Part shown: positions 40,979 through 44,387 of the stretch, piece after piece | Layout of the letters: every line of letters begins with the position of its first letter | Numbering within the stretch: the stretch's first letter is position 1 | NCBI GenBank assembly: GCA_037134255.1 | Contig: JBAXMO010000001.1 | Coordinates: 1-44,387, forward strand | Source of the DNA: Actinomycetes bacterium | GTDB taxonomy: Bacteria; Actinomycetota; Acidimicrobiia; Acidimicrobiales; RAAP-2 | Direction of reading: 5' to 3' | Length of the DNA stretch: 44,387 bases | Notes under the pieces: model-generated | What the model saw: only the letters and a program-made list of their open reading frames with translations | Told to the model about the DNA's origin: nothing | Databases searched by the model: none | Made by a program: the position numbers and the translations under genes

Positions 40979-42121
40979 ATGGACCTCTTCGAATACCAGG
41001 GCAAGCAGTACTTTGCTCGCTACGACATCCCTGTTTCACCAGGTGACGCCACTGACTCGGTCGACGAGGCCGTTGCCATTGCCGATCGCATTGGGTATCC
41101 CGTTGTTGTGAAGGCGCAAGTCAAGGTCGGTGGACGTGGCAAGGCCGGTGGTATTCAACTCGCCGACAACGCCGAAGAAGTTCGTAAGCACGCCACCAAC
41201 ATCTTGGGCATGGACATCAAGGGTCACATCGTTCACATCATCTGGATCGAGCGTTCGAGCGACATTAAGAAGGAGTACTACGCCTCCTTCACTTTGGACC
41301 GTCCCAACAAAAAGCATCTCGGCATGCTGAGTGCTCAGGGTGGCGTGGAGATTGAAGTGGTGGCCGAAGAGGACCCCACCGCCATCGCGCTGCTCTCGAT
41401 TGACCCCATCAAGGGTCTCGACCTCGCCACGGCTCAGCAGTGGGTGAAGGACGCCAAACTCGACGAAGAGGCTCAGGCTCAGGCTGCGGAACTACTCATC
41501 AAGCTCTACCGGTGCTACACCGAAGGTGACTGTGACCTCGCCGAGATCAACCCGTTGATCTTGACGCCCCAGGGCAACGTGCACGCCCTCGACGCCAAGG
41601 TCACCTTGGACGAGAACGCCTCGTACCGTCACCCCGAGTGGGAGGCCTTCCGCGTCAATGAGACCGAGGACCCTCGCGAAAAGATGGCCAAGGAAAAGGG
41701 CCTCAACTACATCGGTCTCGACGGCACCGTCGGCATCATCGCCAACGGCGCTGGCCTGGCCATGAGCACTCTCGACGTTGTCAACCAGGTTGGCGGCACG
41801 GCCGCCAACTTCCTCGACATCGGTGGTGGCGCTAACGCTGACGTAATGGCCGCGGCCCTTGAAGTCATCAACGCCGACCCAAAGGTCAAGGCGATTTTCG
41901 TCAACATCTTCGGCGGTATTACCCGCGTCGACGAAGTAGCCAAGGGTGTCCTCGGCGCACTCGAGAAGGTGACCATTAACTCACCCATCGTGTTGCGCCT
42001 CGACGGCACGAACGCCGTTGAGGGTCGCGCCATTTTGCAGCCCCATCTGAACGACAAGTTGATCACCGAACCGACCATGCTCGACGCTGCCCGCAAGGCC
42101 GTTGGCTTGGCAAACGCCTAA
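40979..42121 (+). CDS. sucC: Succinyl-CoA synthetase beta subunit
   Basis: MDLFEYQGK, GGRGKAGG, EINPL, NGAGLAM, ANFLDIGGG. Confidence 0.99.
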   Translation: MDLFEYQGKQYFARYDIPVSPGDATDSVDEAVAIADRIGYPVVVKAQVKVGGRGKAGGIQLADNAEEVRKHATNILGMDIKGHIVHIIWIERSSDIKKEYYASFTLDRPNKKHLGMLSAQGGVEIEVVAEEDPTAIALLSIDPIKGLDLATAQQWVKDAKLDEEAQAQAAELLIKLYRCYTEGDCDLAEINPLILTPQGNVHALDAKVTLDENASYRHPEWEAFRVNETEDPREKMAKEKGLNYIGLDGTVGIIANGAGLAMSTLDVVNQVGGTAANFLDIGGGANADVMAAALEVINADPKVKAIFVNIFGGITRVDEVAKGVLGALEKVTINSPIVLRLDGTNAVEGRAILQPHLNDKLITEPTMLDAARKAVGLANA

Positions 42122-42130
42122 GGAAGAACC

Positions 42131-43015
42131 ATGAGCATTTTTGTAGACGAAAACACCAAAGTCATTGTCCAGGGTCTCACCGGTGGTCAGGGTCGTTTCC
42201 ACGGCCTGCGTAACCGCGACTACGGCACCAAGGTCGTCGGCGGCGTAACGCCCGGCAAGGGTGGCACCGACGTCGACGGTATCCCCGTCTTCAACTCGGT
42301 CAAGGAAGCCGTTGACGCCACTGGCGCCACCGCATCCTTCGTTTCGGTCCCACCGAAGTTTGCCGCCGCCGCCATCATGGAGGCCGCCGAAGGTGGCATT
42401 ACCTTCATCGTGTGCATCACCGAAGGTATTCCCGCCCAGGACGAGGCCGTGACGTACAACCGCTTGAAGCAGGAGTTCCCGAACGTTCGCCTGCTCGGCC
42501 CGAACTGCCCCGGCATCATCAGCCCCGGAAAGTGCAACATCGGCATTACGTCCGGTGACATCGCCCTCGCCGGCGGTCCTGTGGGCATCGTGTCACGCTC
42601 CGGTACCTTGACCTACCAGGCGCTTCACGAGCTGAGTCAGCAGGGCATCGGTCAGACCACCTGCGTCGGTATCGGTGGCGACCCCGTCCCCGGCACTAAC
42701 TTCATCGACTGCCTCAAGGCCTTCAACGACGACCCCGAAACCAAGGCCGTCATGATGATCGGTGAGATCGGCGGAAGCGAAGAAGAGAACGCGGCCGAGT
42801 GGATCAAGGCCAACATGACCAAGCCCGTCGTTTCGTACATCGCCGGTGTTACCGCGCCTCCCGGACGCAAGATGGGTCACGCTGGAGCCATCATCTCGGG
42901 CTCGAAGGGAACGGCTCAGGCCAAGATGGACGCGCTGCGCGCAGCTGGCGTTCACGTCTGCCAGAACCCCACCGAGGCCGGCGAAAAGATGGTCGAAATC
43001 GTCCGAGCGCTCTAA
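42131..43015 (+). CDS. sucD: Succinyl-CoA synthetase alpha subunit
   Basis: [20 protein letters not shown]. Confidence 0.99.
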   Translation: MSIFVDENTKVIVQGLTGGQGRFHGLRNRDYGTKVVGGVTPGKGGTDVDGIPVFNSVKEAVDATGATASFVSVPPKFAAAAIMEAAEGGITFIVCITEGIPAQDEAVTYNRLKQEFPNVRLLGPNCPGIISPGKCNIGITSGDIALAGGPVGIVSRSGTLTYQALHELSQQGIGQTTCVGIGGDPVPGTNFIDCLKAFNDDPETKAVMMIGEIGGSEEENAAEWIKANMTKPVVSYIAGVTAPPGRKMGHAGAIISGSKGTAQAKMDALRAAGVHVCQNPTEAGEKMVEIVRAL

Positions 43016-43019
43016 GCGC

Positions 43020-43625
43020 GTGGCCAGCCCTCGCCTCGCCGTCTTGGTCTCTGGATCAGGCACGATTCTCGAGTCGATCCTGGCCGACGGAATTCACGTA
43101 GACGTGGTGCTGGCCGATCGGCCGTGTCGCGGACTCGAACTAGCTACGGCGGCGGGGATCCCTGCCGCTTTAGTTAATCGGAGTGACTTTGGTGGATTCT
43201 CCGCTTCGTTTGAGCGCGAGAACTACTCACTCGCCGTGATCGAAACGCTGCGTCACCACGATGTCAGCCTCATTGCGATGGCCGGCTTTGGGACGGTTAC
43301 ATCGGGTGCCTTTCACGAGGCATTCCCCGGCGTCGTGCTCAACACCCATCCCTCGCTTCTGCCGGACTTCAAGGGCTGGCACGCCGTACGTGACGCACTA
43401 GCCGCGGACGTGGTGGTAACGGGCTGCACGGTTCACATCGCCACCGAGGATCTGGATGAGGGACCCATCCTCGCGCAGCGAGAGGTGTCAGTCGAACCGG
43501 GAGACACCGAAGAATCACTACAGGAGCGCATCAAGCAGACCGAGCGGGTCGTCTATCCCCAGGTCATTCGCGCTGTGGTCTCGGCTATGGAGGCCGGGGC
43601 TTCTCCCGAAAGTGTCTCGCTGTAG
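43020..43625 (+). CDS. purN: Phosphoribosylglycinamide formyltransferase
   Basis: LAVLVSGSGT, NTHPSLLP.F.G, GCTVH, D.GPI; start moved to GTG 43020. Confidence 0.96.
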   Translation: MASPRLAVLVSGSGTILESILADGIHVDVVLADRPCRGLELATAAGIPAALVNRSDFGGFSASFERENYSLAVIETLRHHDVSLIAMAGFGTVTSGAFHEAFPGVVLNTHPSLLPDFKGWHAVRDALAADVVVTGCTVHIATEDLDEGPILAQREVSVEPGDTEESLQERIKQTERVVYPQVIRAVVSAMEAGASPESVSL

Positions 43626-43712
43626 CCGCAGAGTCGTCTTGAAAGGTCGGCCACGGTCGATTAGTAGGATGGTGGCAGTTCTTGGGGGATTCTCCGAAAG
43701 TGAGGCCACGAA

Positions 43713-44387
43713 ATGCGAGCTCTACTGAGTGTCTGGGATAAGACCGGACTACTGGAGTTCGCCCGCGGCCTCGAAGCCCTGAACATCGATCTCATCGCCT
43801 CCGGAGGCACCTCTACGGCCCTCTCAGAGGCCGGGATTGCCCACCAGAAGGTCGAAGAGGTGACCCAGTCACCCGAGATGCTTGACGGCCGCGTCAAGAC
43901 CCTTCACCCCAAGATTCATGGGGGCATTTTGGCGGATCGCAGTAAGTCGAGCCATCTCGCCGACCTCGAGGCCAACGGCATCACGGCCATCGACTTGGTC
44001 GTCTGCAATCTCTACCCCTTTCATATGGACCCCTCCGTTGAACTCATCGACATTGGCGGACCGACCATGGTGCGCGCTTCAGCGAAGAACCATCAGCACG
44101 TCGGCATCGTGACCAACCCCGCGCAGTACGACACGGTGTTGGTCGAGTTGAAGGCCAGCGGCGCGCTCGCCGACGCGACCCGCCACCAGTTGGCCCGTGA
44201 CGCCTTCGCTCACACCGCGGCCTACGACGCGGCGATTGTGGCCTGGTTCGATCAGGGGGGCGTCATCGGCGAAGCCCCCAACGCCACGGACGCTGTCGTC
44301 CCGCCGACCCTGCACTTGTCGCTGGATCGTGCCGACATTGTTCGCTACGGCGAGAACCCCCACCAGATTGGTGCTCGCTACCGTCTG
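43713..44387 (+). CDS. purH: Bifunctional AICAR formyltransferase/IMP cyclohydrolase, 3' truncated by window
   Basis: Manual translation MRALLSVWDKTGL..SGGT..GRVKTLHPKIHGGILA..IDIGGPTMVR..RYGENPHQ; absent from ORF track. Confidence 0.98.
   Translation, partial: MRALLSVWDKTGLLEFARGLEALNIDLIASGGTSTALSEAGIAHQKVEEVTQSPEMLDGRVKTLHPKIHGGILADRSKSSHLADLEANGITAIDLVVCNLYPFHMDPSVELIDIGGPTMVRASAKNHQHVGIVTNPAQYDTVLVELKASGALADATRHQLARDAFAHTAAYDAAIVAWFDQGGVIGEAPNATDAVVPPTLHLSLDRADIVRYGENPHQIGARYRL

Noticed and set aside
40963-43704. Identical 11-mer CCGAAAGTGAG before sucC (40963-40973) and purH (43694-43704)
   Set aside because: Position fits an actinobacterial GAAAG-type ribosome-binding site rather than a shared operator.

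Overview
Core-chromosome window from a GC-rich actinobacterium. Gene order and protein style suggest Acidimicrobiia (inference, no search run). 1-13.5 kb holds the end of the S10 operon, the spc and alpha clusters (rpsC to rplQ, including rpmD and rpmJ, which the ORF track missed), truA and rplM-rpsI. Next come glmM-glmS-acpS-alr-UDG-tsaE-tsaB-rimI-tsaD-pdxH, an SDR-MFS pair, CIRCE-controlled groES-groEL, an amidohydrolase, an MmpL transporter and a Nudix hydrolase. The last third holds a CBS-less GuaB3-type IMPDH with guaA and pcrA, a membrane-anchored phosphodiester glycosidase-like gene, a ubiA-dprE1-dprE2 (lipid-linked arabinose) operon, a stand-alone B12-binding mutase subunit, sucCD, purN and partial purH. 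I saw no transposase, integrase, CRISPR array, tRNA or rRNA. The most unusual part is the map-infA interval. infA has no canonical start codon for a full-length product and appears to begin at CUG. That CUG is overlapped (CUGA) by the stop of an 8-codon uORF with a strong SD, and upstream lie about 340 nt of nested stems. Several genes also look leaderless.
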